Shown: in pieces, positions 1-6,932 of the stretch
How the letters are laid out: the number at the start of each line of letters is the position of its first letter
Numbering within the stretch: position 1 is the first letter of the stretch
Source of the DNA: a virus
Taxonomy: Duplodnaviria > Heunggongvirae > Uroviricota > Caudoviricetes
Length of the DNA: 11,680 nt
Direction: 5' to 3' (one strand)
Virus record (IMG/VR): IMGVR_UViG_2740892236_000004
Span: 1-11,680 of that record
Translations under genes and position numbers: made by a program
Notes under the pieces: generated by a model
What the model saw: only the letters and a program-made list of their open reading frames with translations
Told to the model about the DNA's origin: nothing
Database searches by the model: none

Positions 1-947
1 GCTGAACTGATTGATGCCATTCGTGATGGTGTTGAGTGGTACAACAACCGGCCGCACGATGAATTACCGGTGAAGCCGAACGGCAAGCATTACAGCCCGG
101 CGGAGTTCAGAAAAAAACGCCTGGCGGAAGAGGACACGGAAATTGAATGGCTGTCCGATGTTGAACTGCGGGATATGTTCCGGCCGATGGTGGAGCGCCC
201 TGTAAGACGCTGTGAAATACGCTGGCTGAATAATATTTACTACGCGCCCGAGCTGCGTGACGAGCATGGCCGTAAGGTACTTATCAGCTATGACATTCAT
301 GATGCCGAACGAATTACCGTGCGCCGCCCGGATGGCAGCGTGATTTGCGAGGCGGTATGGGACGGCAATAAACGCGAAGCCTTCCCTGTCNNNNNNNNNN
401 TCGTAAGGTGCTTATCAGCTATGACATTCATGATGCCGAACGAATTACCGTACGTCGCCCGGATGGCAGCGTGATTTGCGAGGCGGTATGGGACGGCAAT
501 AAACGCGAAGCCTTCCCGGTCAGCGCGGAATACCACAAACAGCAGCAGCGCCTTAAAGGCATGCGTAAACGCGCAGAGGAAAAAATCCGTGATGCCGAGG
601 ATGAGGTTGTCAACGTGCTGGAGCACAAGCCGCAGGAGCCCTGGCTGGAAAACATATACCGCCCTGTGGGTAATACGGTGACCGTTCAGCAACCGGTCGC
701 TGACGATGAACCTGATGAAGAATACGAGCGTAATTTCCAGCGGGGATTNNNNNNNNNNATTGTCAACGTGCTGGAGCACAAGCCACAGGAGCCGTGGCTG
801 GAAAATATATACCGCCCTGTGGGTAATACGGTGATCGTTCAGCAACCGGTCGCTGACGATGAACCTGATGAAGAATACGAGCGTAATTTCCAGCGGGGAT
901 TGCAACTGCTCGAAGCGAAATTAAAAGAAAGTGATCCGCTGGCCTGA
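1..947 (+). CDS. A: Mu-type DDE transposase (MuA-like), C-terminal portion. The 5' end lies outside the window. As written, the frame is broken by two N10 scaffold joins (391-400, 749-758) with duplicated flanks.
   Basis: Frame-1 ORF open from base 1 (AELIDAIRDGVEWYNNRPHDELPVKPNGKHYSPAEF...). After each N run the same peptide segment is repeated in a shifted frame. Ends ...LQLLEAKLKESDPLA with TGA at 945-947. It sits directly upstream of a MuB-type ATPase gene, the arrangement typical of transposable phages. No motif-level proof of the DDE core is possible because only the C-terminal part is present. Confidence 0.75.
391..400. other. Scaffold join (10 N). Flanks 271-390 and 402-521 are the same sequence with a few substitutions.
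   Basis: Run of exactly 10 n. Sequence after the gap (tcgtaaggtgcttatcagctatgacattcatgatgccgaacg...) repeats the sequence before it (ccgtaaggtacttatcagctatgacattcatgatgccgaacg...). Confidence 0.97.
749..758. other. Scaffold join (10 N). Flanks 607-748 and 760-901 are near-identical overlaps.
   Basis: Run of exactly 10 n. ttgtcaacgtgctggagcacaagcc...cagcggggatt occurs on both sides with a few mismatches (ccgcag/ccacag, ccctgg/ccgtgg, gaccgtt/gatcgtt). Confidence 0.97.
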
Positions 948-1029
948 AATAAAAAAATAACCCGAGGGGTGACTCAGGTTATTTGAGGTTTCAGTCTCGG
1001 AGAATGCTGTCTCAAGCGAGGTGAATAAT

Positions 1030-1242
1030 ATGACCGATATTAACGATGTAATCAAGACCATTGATGAACTTATTGATGGCGGCGTACTGACGCAGTATGC
1101 CATCGCCAGAGAGGCGGGAATTTCCGACGGCACATTATCGGCTTTCCGTAAGGGAAAATATAAAGGCGATAACGCTGCTGTGGCTGCTTCCCTGCGCTCC
1201 TGGTATGAGAACTGGAATAAACAAAGCGCACTGCCGGAACCG
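1030..1242 (+). other. Redundant copy of the first ~71 codons of gene B, truncated at the N10 join at 1243-1252. An allelic overlap, not an independent gene.
   Basis: Translation MTDINDVIKTIDELIDGGVLTQYAIAREAGISDGTLSAFRKGKYKGDNAAVAASLRSWYENWNKQSALPEP is identical to the N-terminus of the full B ORF at 1371. The DNA differs at a few synonymous sites. Confidence 0.9.
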
Positions 1243-1252
1243 NNNNNNNNNN
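1243..1252. other. Scaffold join (10 N). Flanks about 906-1242 and 1254-1583 overlap (end of A, A-B spacer, start of B) with substitutions and a 7-bp length difference in the spacer.
   Basis: Run of exactly 10 n. The A stop (TGA 945-947 vs 1293-1295) and the B start (ATG 1030 vs 1371) are both present twice. Confidence 0.97.
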
Positions 1253-1370
1253 GCTGCTTGAAGCGAAATTAAAAGAAAATGACCCTCTGGCCTGAAATAA
1301 AAAAATAACCCGAGCGGCGACTCAGGTTATTTGATTAAACAAAGGAACTACACAAACGCGAGGTAATAAT

Positions 1371-2303
1371 ATGACCGATATAAACGATGTAATCAAGACC
1401 ATTGATGAACTTATTGATGGCGGCGTGCTGACGCAGTATGCCATCGCCAGAGAGGCGGGAATTTCCGACGGCACATTATCGGCTTTCCGCAAGGGGAAAT
1501 ATAAAGGCGATAACGCCGCTGTGGCTGCTTCCCTGCGCTCCTGGTATGAGAACTGGAATAAACAAAGCGCACTGCCGGAACCGCCGCAGTTTGTGGAAAC
1601 TCAGACAGTCCAGGAGCTGCGCGCACTGTTTCAGGCGGTTCGCCTGATGGGCTGTATTAACGTTATTGTGGGCGTACCGGGTGTGGGTAAAACGGCCACT
1701 GCCCGTAATTACTGCCAGGAGCAACCAAACACCTGGATGATCACCCTGTCACCCGCGCACTCCAGCGTCACGGAGTGTCTGCTGGAGCTGGCCGATGCGC
1801 TGGGGATTGATTACACCCGCGCGAACAAAGGGGCATTATCCCGCGCCATCCGCCGTCGCCTGATGGGAACGCGTGGACTGGTGATTGTGGATGAGGCGGA
1901 TCATCTTGGTATTGACGGTCTGGAGCAACTCCGGGCAATTCAGGACGCCTCGGGGATCGGGATGGTGCTTATTGGTAACCCGCGCGGATTGTTTAAAGGT
2001 GGACGCCGCGCCTTTGATGATTTATCGCGCCTGTTCAGCCGTCTTGCCCGTACAAAACAACTTCGCAAGGCCAAAAAGGCGGATGTGCTGGCCATTGCCA
2101 TGGCGTGGGGGATCAGTGGTGAGGCCGAGCTGGCCGTCATGCAGGCTATCGCTGAAAAGCCGGGAGCGTTACGCGTTCTGACACATACGCTTAACCAGGC
2201 GTGGCTCACCGCCAGCGGTGAAGGCGCGGCGCTGACAGAAAAACATATTAATGCGGCCTTTAAAGAGGTTTATACCAACCCTGAATTACTCTCACAGGTG
2301 TGA
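1371..2303 (+). CDS. B: Mu B-type DNA transposition / target-DNA activator protein (AAA+ ATPase with N-terminal HTH)
   Basis: 310-aa ORF. ATG 1371 is preceded by GAGGT at a 6-nt spacing. Walker A motif GVPGVGKTA and Walker B-like hhhhDEAD (LVIVDEADHL). Size (Mu B is about 312 aa) and position directly after the transposase gene both fit. Confidence 0.9.
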   Translation: MTDINDVIKTIDELIDGGVLTQYAIAREAGISDGTLSAFRKGKYKGDNAAVAASLRSWYENWNKQSALPEPPQFVETQTVQELRALFQAVRLMGCINVIVGVPGVGKTATARNYCQEQPNTWMITLSPAHSSVTECLLELADALGIDYTRANKGALSRAIRRRLMGTRGLVIVDEADHLGIDGLEQLRAIQDASGIGMVLIGNPRGLFKGGRRAFDDLSRLFSRLARTKQLRKAKKADVLAIAMAWGISGEAELAVMQAIAEKPGALRVLTHTLNQAWLTASGEGAALTEKHINAAFKEVYTNPELLSQV

Positions 2304-2305
2304 TT

Positions 2306-2527
2306 ATGGCGGTATTTAATATTCCTGATATTTACGGACGCTTTTACCTGGTTAATTTCGATAACGTGAAGGTGATTTCACTGGCCGAAAATAAAGAATG
2401 TGGCGATTTACTTTTTGAATTTAATGACCGCACACGAATGGTGATATCTGCCGGACTTGATCGCGAAGGTGCGACAGAAGTTTACAGCGGAATATGCCGT
2501 TCTGTTGGTGCGAAACAAGTCAGCTAA
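2306..2527 (+). CDS. Small early protein (73 aa) at the position occupied by kil in phage Mu; function not established from sequence
   Basis: ATG 2306 follows AGGTG at a 5-nt spacing and lies 2 nt after the B stop (TGA 2301-2303); an in-frame GTG at 2300 is an alternative start. Translation MAVFNIPDIYGRFYLVNFDNVKVISLAENKECGDLLFEFNDRTRMVISAGLDREGATEVYSGICRSVGAKQVS. The kil assignment rests on position and size only. Confidence 0.55.
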   Translation: MAVFNIPDIYGRFYLVNFDNVKVISLAENKECGDLLFEFNDRTRMVISAGLDREGATEVYSGICRSVGAKQVS

Positions 2528-2539
2528 ATGAGGTGTTAT

Positions 2540-2794
2540 ATGAATATGCAATCCTGCGGTAACAAAATGAATTTATTCGACTCCCTGAACAGCGCGCGCC
2601 GTCTGACCGAACTTGCCGGTGCGGTACTGGAACGCAGTAAGCGCTATCCGCAACGTTTTGCACTGAAAACCACGCCGCCGGTAGGCAACGTGCAGGGAAC
2701 CGGTGAAATTGAAATCACCATACAGACCAACGGCCTGCGCCGCCGTGTGAAGGCCACCCGCATCAGCGGCTGCACGGTTTACTGGGAGGTGTGA
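2540..2794 (+). CDS. Hypothetical early protein (about 84 aa)
   Basis: ORF with GAGG 6 nt upstream of ATG 2540 (in-frame ATG 2528 is also possible). Sits in the co-directional early gene string. No recognisable motif. Confidence 0.5.
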   Translation: MNMQSCGNKMNLFDSLNSARRLTELAGAVLERSKRYPQRFALKTTPPVGNVQGTGEIEITIQTNGLRRRVKATRISGCTVYWEV

Positions 2795-2795
2795 G

Positions 2796-3077
2796 GTGAA
2801 AAAAAATCTCATTGCATGGGCGTGGTCGAGTGGTCTTATTGAGTTTGGTTACGTCCTGCCGGAAGGTGCATTGCCGATAGTTGCCGGAAAGCCTGCCACG
2901 GTACGGCATGTGATTGAGGTTATGGCGCGTCATGGACGTGATGAACAGGAGCAGTTACTGGTTCCGGGGATACCGGAAGCGGTGACGGAGGAAGAAGCCT
3001 TTAATGCCATGATTCGGTTCTGCCGTGAGGTTAGACGCCGGGTCAGTTATCCAAACAGAACGAGGACCAGAGGATGA
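2796..3077 (+). CDS. Hypothetical early protein (93 aa)
   Basis: GTG 2796 is preceded by GGAGG (2785-2789). It lies 1 nt after the upstream TGA (2792-2794) and its own TGA (3075-3077) overlaps the next ATG (3074), indicating translational coupling. Confidence 0.55.
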   Translation: MKKNLIAWAWSSGLIEFGYVLPEGALPIVAGKPATVRHVIEVMARHGRDEQEQLLVPGIPEAVTEEEAFNAMIRFCREVRRRVSYPNRTRTRG

Positions 3078-3346
3078 GTAAAGTCGTACGCATTATTTTC
3101 GAATACAAGGAAGATGTTATCTGCAAAAACTCTGATGGCAGCACGCACAGAGGGGTAAGTCTGGATATACGTTCAACCGGAATAAAGAAGAAAGATAATG
3201 GACCCGCCATGATTTTTGGGGTGGTTATGCTGGCAGAAAGCAGAAACTTCGCAGAGTTTGTGGCAATGAAAGCCAGTGCATTCATGAAAGACAGAGGCAT
3301 GGCTTCCGGGGTTATTAACGGTAATGAATTTAATCAACAGGGGTAA
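3074..3346 (+). CDS. Hypothetical small protein, paralog 1 of a tandem pair (N-terminus MSKVVRIIFEY...)
   Basis: ATG 3074 with GAGGA upstream. 90 aa. Lower-GC segment. N-terminus and internal blocks resemble the next ORF. Confidence 0.55.
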   Translation: MSKVVRIIFEYKEDVICKNSDGSTHRGVSLDIRSTGIKKKDNGPAMIFGVVMLAESRNFAEFVAMKASAFMKDRGMASGVINGNEFNQQG

Positions 3347-3350
3347 TTCC

Positions 3351-3644
3351 ATGAGCAAAGTACGCGTTATTTTTGAATTTAATCATGTTTCGCATGACGA
3401 AAAGTTGGCAGGCAATGACTGTGTTGAAGTGCATGAAAAGATTGGAGTGGATGTGAAAACAGAACGTGATACGGATAACAGGCCGACGTCACTCTGTGAC
3501 GTTTATGCAAGTATTCTCCAGTATCACAGTCCTGCAATTATTCAGTTTCTCTCAGCGGAATTTCAGGCATCTGCACAGTCTTTTGGAGCGGATGCCATCA
3601 TTAAACGCCACCGCGTGCATAAAGCATCAGGCACACTGCAATAA
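3351..3644 (+). CDS. Hypothetical small protein, paralog 2 of a tandem pair (N-terminus MSKVRVIFEF...)
   Basis: ATG 3351 with GGGG 7-8 nt upstream, 4 nt after the preceding TAA. The ORF track's longer 3324 start is in the same frame but overlaps the previous gene. Shared blocks with the upstream ORF: MSKV-R-IFE, D-NGP/D-NRP, AEF-A--AS-F. Confidence 0.55.
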   Translation: MSKVRVIFEFNHVSHDEKLAGNDCVEVHEKIGVDVKTERDTDNRPTSLCDVYASILQYHSPAIIQFLSAEFQASAQSFGADAIIKRHRVHKASGTLQ

Positions 3645-3655
3645 GGAAAAACAAA

Positions 3656-4186
3656 ATGGCTAAACGCGTTACAAAATTAAAGGCCGCAGCCGAGGCGGCA
3701 CCGCAGACCCGGGAAGAAGTCAGCCGTGATATCCGCACCCTGGGAGATATTCAGCGAGAGGCGCTGCGCCTGGAAACGGCGATGAATGACGAAGTGGCAG
3801 AAATCACCGCCCGTTATACGCCGCAGATTGAAAATCTTAAAAAGCAAATCAAAGTGCTTTTTAAAGGGATTCAGGACTGGTGCAAAACCAACCGTGATGA
3901 GCTGACGAACGGCGGCAAAACCAAAACAGCCAATCTGACCACCGGAACGGTGTCATGGCGGCTGGGAACGCCATCATGCAGCGTCAGCCGTGATGTGGAA
4001 GGTGTGATTGAAATGCTGCGCCGTATGGGGCTTGAGCGTTTCATCCGCACGAAAGAGGAAGTGAACAAGGAAGCCGTCCTGGCGGAGCCGGATGCTGTGA
4101 AAGGCATTGCCGGTATCAAGGTGAATAAAGGCGCTGAAAGTTTTTATGTCGAGCCTTTTGAACAGGACGCCGGACTGAATAAATAA
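3656..4186 (+). CDS. gam: Gam-like host-nuclease inhibitor (Mu Gam family, DNA-end-binding)
   Basis: 176 aa (Mu Gam is about 174 aa). Blocks such as LRLETAMNDEVAEITARY, ANRDELTNGGKTKTANLTTGTVSWR, GLERFIRTKEEVNKEAVLAEPDAVKGIAGI and FYVEPFEQ match my recollection of Mu Gam closely. AAGGA lies 8 nt upstream of ATG 3656. Confidence 0.88.
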   Translation: MAKRVTKLKAAAEAAPQTREEVSRDIRTLGDIQREALRLETAMNDEVAEITARYTPQIENLKKQIKVLFKGIQDWCKTNRDELTNGGKTKTANLTTGTVSWRLGTPSCSVSRDVEGVIEMLRRMGLERFIRTKEEVNKEAVLAEPDAVKGIAGIKVNKGAESFYVEPFEQDAGLNK

Positions 4187-4331
4187 CACCGCATTAATCA
4201 ATTAAATATCACTTCATTTTAATTATGGCGCTCGCGTCAGGGGACTGCTTGCGCCTGAAAACAGAAAATAAGGGTTAAGAAATATGAAATACGTTTATAT
4301 CGTCATTAATAATGTGGTGGGGAAATAAATC

Positions 4332-4865
4332 ATGATTGATGCAAAAGTGCTTGAAGGGGTTAAAAACTGGCTGTGTATTTATGGCCGCCTGACCTGCGGT
4401 GTACTGGCTGAAAAAATGAATATGCCGCCATCCTCCATGGTTTATTTTCTGCGTGATGCGGTTGATGCAGGCGTGCTGACGGAATGTAACGGTTTTTATG
4501 ATATTCCGCGCCCCCGCCCGGTGCAGCCGGTTCGTCGCAAATGCAGCCAGGAATCTGCGGCTGATGATGTTCAGTGGTGCGGCTTCAGAAAATCCCTGCC
4601 ATGGATTGAGGGGCATGATATTCCGTCGATGGCGTGGGAATTTGCTCAGGGCGTTCTGACCTGTGAAACCGTTTATGTGGTGGCTGAAGTTGATGAGCAG
4701 GCCATGAAAGAAGGCGTGCCCCAGTTTGTGATGGCGTATATCGACATACGCCTGGGCGTCATTATCTGCGGTTTAAGCGGCTGGAATATCACTGAACATG
4801 TTCTGCGCTACCTGATTGTTGACCGGACAGCAGCGCCTGCCGGGATATCTGCGGAGGTGGCGTAA
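4332..4865 (+). CDS. Hypothetical protein (177 aa), first gene of a six-gene coupled module. The N-terminal ~50 aa look like a winged-helix fold, but this is weak.
   Basis: ATG 4332 after a 145-bp AT-rich intergenic region. Stop TAA 4863-4865 overlaps the next ATG (4865). Confidence 0.55.
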   Translation: MIDAKVLEGVKNWLCIYGRLTCGVLAEKMNMPPSSMVYFLRDAVDAGVLTECNGFYDIPRPRPVQPVRRKCSQESAADDVQWCGFRKSLPWIEGHDIPSMAWEFAQGVLTCETVYVVAEVDEQAMKEGVPQFVMAYIDIRLGVIICGLSGWNITEHVLRYLIVDRTAAPAGISAEVA

Positions 4866-5380
4866 TGTTCTTTAAAACATCAAACCCTTCCGCGCTGGCT
4901 GCGTGGCAAAAATACCAGCAGGACTGCCAGAAAGTTAAGGATGAGGCAAAACGCCTTGAGGCCGTGCTGAATGTTGCGTGCCGGTCGGTATTTGTATCCG
5001 GTATCAGTGGATTTTGCTTTAAGGGACTGCGTTTTACGGAGGACAAATATCCTTTTCATCGCGACTTATGGCGAAAACCGACTGCGTCGAATGGCTGGAG
5101 CTGCACACCGCGCACATCACGTATCCCTAAAACCCTGCGTGTTGCCTCTGATGAACTGAACAGTCTGTGGCGTGAATATTCGCCCGTCACGTATGCCAGA
5201 ACCGATGCGCTGTTGTTCTGGCTGGGTATTGATTTCTCGGCAATCCTGTTTGGCCCTGTGAAGTGGTTCTGCGTTGACGATGTGATTTATCTTCAGTGCG
5301 AAGATGATTCCGCAAAACGGAAAATGACCGAAATTCTGTCTGATGAGTTTTATGCTGCCGAAAAGCGAGTCAGGGGGTGA
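4865..5380 (+). CDS. Hypothetical protein (171 aa)
   Basis: ATG 4865 overlaps the upstream stop (TAATG). No motif recognised. Confidence 0.55.
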   Translation: MFFKTSNPSALAAWQKYQQDCQKVKDEAKRLEAVLNVACRSVFVSGISGFCFKGLRFTEDKYPFHRDLWRKPTASNGWSCTPRTSRIPKTLRVASDELNSLWREYSPVTYARTDALLFWLGIDFSAILFGPVKWFCVDDVIYLQCEDDSAKRKMTEILSDEFYAAEKRVRG

Positions 5381-5383
5381 TGT

Positions 5384-5935
5384 ATGATGATTTTACAACA
5401 CATGGGGCGAAAAGGTCGTACACCCGCTCATGTCCGCGCGTGGACACCTGAAGAAGATGCGCTACTGATTGCGCTTTATTCATCCACCCCGGTTAAGGAT
5501 ATTGCTGCCAGAATAAAAAGAACTGTCTGGGCTGTATATAACCGGACTGGTGTATTGCGCAGTTCATACCCGGAGTTACTGAAATATAAACACCCAAGAT
5601 TTACACCTGATGAAGATAAGTTTATTCGAAACAATGCCAGAACAATGACCTGCCAGCAAATGGGAGAATATCTCGGACGTAATAAAGATTCTGTCAGATG
5701 TCGGGCAGGAATGATTGGTGCTGGATTAACAAAGTGCGGAGAGTTACGCCCCGGCACGCGCATATCTGATGATGATGTACGTCTTATACGTGCGCTGCGT
5801 GATTCCGATTACCCACGCCGTCTGTCATTCCGGGAAATTGGCGAAAAGTTTGGAATATCTGAACATTCTGCTCACGCAGTTTATTACCGTCGCCGGACTG
5901 CCGAGGACGCTGTATTACGGGAGTTAACGCCATGA
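5384..5935 (+). CDS. Putative DNA-binding protein with three tandem HTH-like repeats (Myb/SANT-like or sigma-70 region-4/LuxR-like)
   Basis: 183 aa, with GGGGG 6 nt upstream of ATG 5384. Three internally similar ~40-aa segments: WTPEEDALLIALYSSTPVKDIAARIKRTVWAVYNRTGVL / FTPDEDKFIRNNARTMTCQQMGEYLGRNKDSVRCRAGMIGAGL / ISDDDVRLIRALRDSDYPRRLSFREIGEKFGISEHSAHAVYYRR. Confidence 0.6.
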   Translation: MMILQHMGRKGRTPAHVRAWTPEEDALLIALYSSTPVKDIAARIKRTVWAVYNRTGVLRSSYPELLKYKHPRFTPDEDKFIRNNARTMTCQQMGEYLGRNKDSVRCRAGMIGAGLTKCGELRPGTRISDDDVRLIRALRDSDYPRRLSFREIGEKFGISEHSAHAVYYRRRTAEDAVLRELTP

Positions 5936-6261
5936 TAACGACCTTATTTGTTGAATCAGATGAACCTCTTGTGTGTGCCGCCGGAATGCCGCTCTGTGGC
6001 GGAACGCTGACCGGTGTTTATTTCGGGGATTTACGCGGTTATCCCTGGCATTCACTGAATGATGCTTTCCCACCTGATATGGAGGCTGTCGTGCTGATTG
6101 TTCAGTATGGTCACCGTCAGGAGCTGCGCATCGGCCATATGGGGTATGAAGGCTTTTTTGTTGATGAAGAAACCGGAGCCTGCCTTGAAGATGAAGACGG
6201 ACAGGTGACGCACTGGTGTCATATTTCGGCTTTACCGGAATTACGGGAGGTGAATGCGTGA
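5932..6261 (+). CDS. Hypothetical protein (109 aa)
   Basis: ATG 5932 overlaps the upstream TGA (ATGA). Its stop TGA 6259-6261 overlaps the next start (GTGA). Confidence 0.5.
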   Translation: MITTLFVESDEPLVCAAGMPLCGGTLTGVYFGDLRGYPWHSLNDAFPPDMEAVVLIVQYGHRQELRIGHMGYEGFFVDEETGACLEDEDGQVTHWCHISALPELREVNA

Positions 6262-6608
6262 GAAGTTATATTGATAATGAAAAGCTGGAGACAATAAGCG
6301 ACTGTCTTAGCTTGCTGGCAAAAATCAAAGAAACTATTGAAGAGATTAAATTTCAGCTTGAATACGCACCATGTGGCGATGATGCATGGCGTAATGCTGC
6401 CAGAAAAGCACTGGCTGTCTTTCAGAAACAACGCCGGGCTGTTGAATACCGCCTTGCTGTATTGCGCCAGGAGGAAAAGGAAAGAAATATAAGACGTCAT
6501 GAACGCGTTAATGATTTCCTTGTTCGTGAATTAAAAGAGCGCGTGCCGGAGTCGGTATTTTTTGAATGTGAGGCTATAGCCCGTAGCAAAGCACTGGAAA
6601 CAGATTAA
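6258..6608 (+). CDS. Hypothetical protein (about 116 aa), predicted largely helical and charged
   Basis: GTG 6258 with GGGAGG (6245-6250) 7 nt upstream, coupled to the upstream stop. The ORF track's ATG 6216 would overlap the previous gene by 46 nt and lacks an RBS. Confidence 0.5.
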   Translation: MRSYIDNEKLETISDCLSLLAKIKETIEEIKFQLEYAPCGDDAWRNAARKALAVFQKQRRAVEYRLAVLRQEEKERNIRRHERVNDFLVRELKERVPESVFFECEAIARSKALETD

Positions 6609-6623
6609 GCAGGCAGGTGAATA

Positions 6624-6932
6624 ATGAGTATTGAATTAAGATCGTCTTATGAATATCGCAAAATCCTTATCGCCGGAGGGATGAAACCGGAAGATGCTGA
6701 AAAATTCGTTTCTTTTATGGATAAAGAATGTGACAAGCGGGATATGCCAGAAATTATTATGGATGACATGATTCTGGATTCAGCCGTAGCGTTAAGTCCG
6801 TTATGGATTGTGCATACCCTTGCGGAAATAGCTAAAAGAAGTGACAAGCAGGCGGCTGTCGCCGCCCTGCGATTACTGGCTGAATTAAGTTGTTCAGTCA
6901 ATCCCAATACGTTCTTTGACGAACCTGGTTAA
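6624..6932 (+). CDS. Hypothetical protein (102 aa). Its 3' end overlaps the 3' end of the reverse-strand gene by about 39 nt.
   Basis: ATG 6624 with AGGTGA 4-5 nt upstream. AT-rich. Stop TAA 6930-6932. Confidence 0.55.
   Translation: MSIELRSSYEYRKILIAGGMKPEDAEKFVSFMDKECDKRDMPEIIMDDMILDSAVALSPLWIVHTLAEIAKRSDKQAAVAALRLLAELSCSVNPNTFFDEPG

Noticed and set aside
271-901. Apparent internal tandem repeats and frameshifts within the transposase gene
   Set aside because: Each repeat boundary coincides with a run of exactly 10 N, and the repeated units are overlapping contig ends with a few substitutions. These are scaffold artefacts, not genomic repeats or a pseudogene.
1021-1272. ORF-track entry for an 83-aa protein with the MuB N-terminus
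   Set aside because: It is the start of gene B from an overlapping variant contig, cut off by the N10 join at 1243-1252 and then read into unrelated sequence. The intact gene is 1371-2303.
1411-2209. Several 70-100-aa ORFs antisense to or out of frame within gene B (1411-1626 -, 1438-1647 +, 1476-1724 -, 1885-2181 +, 1940-2209 -)
   Set aside because: All lie inside the well-supported B coding sequence. They are Arg/Cys/Ser-rich as expected for alternative frames of GC-rich DNA.
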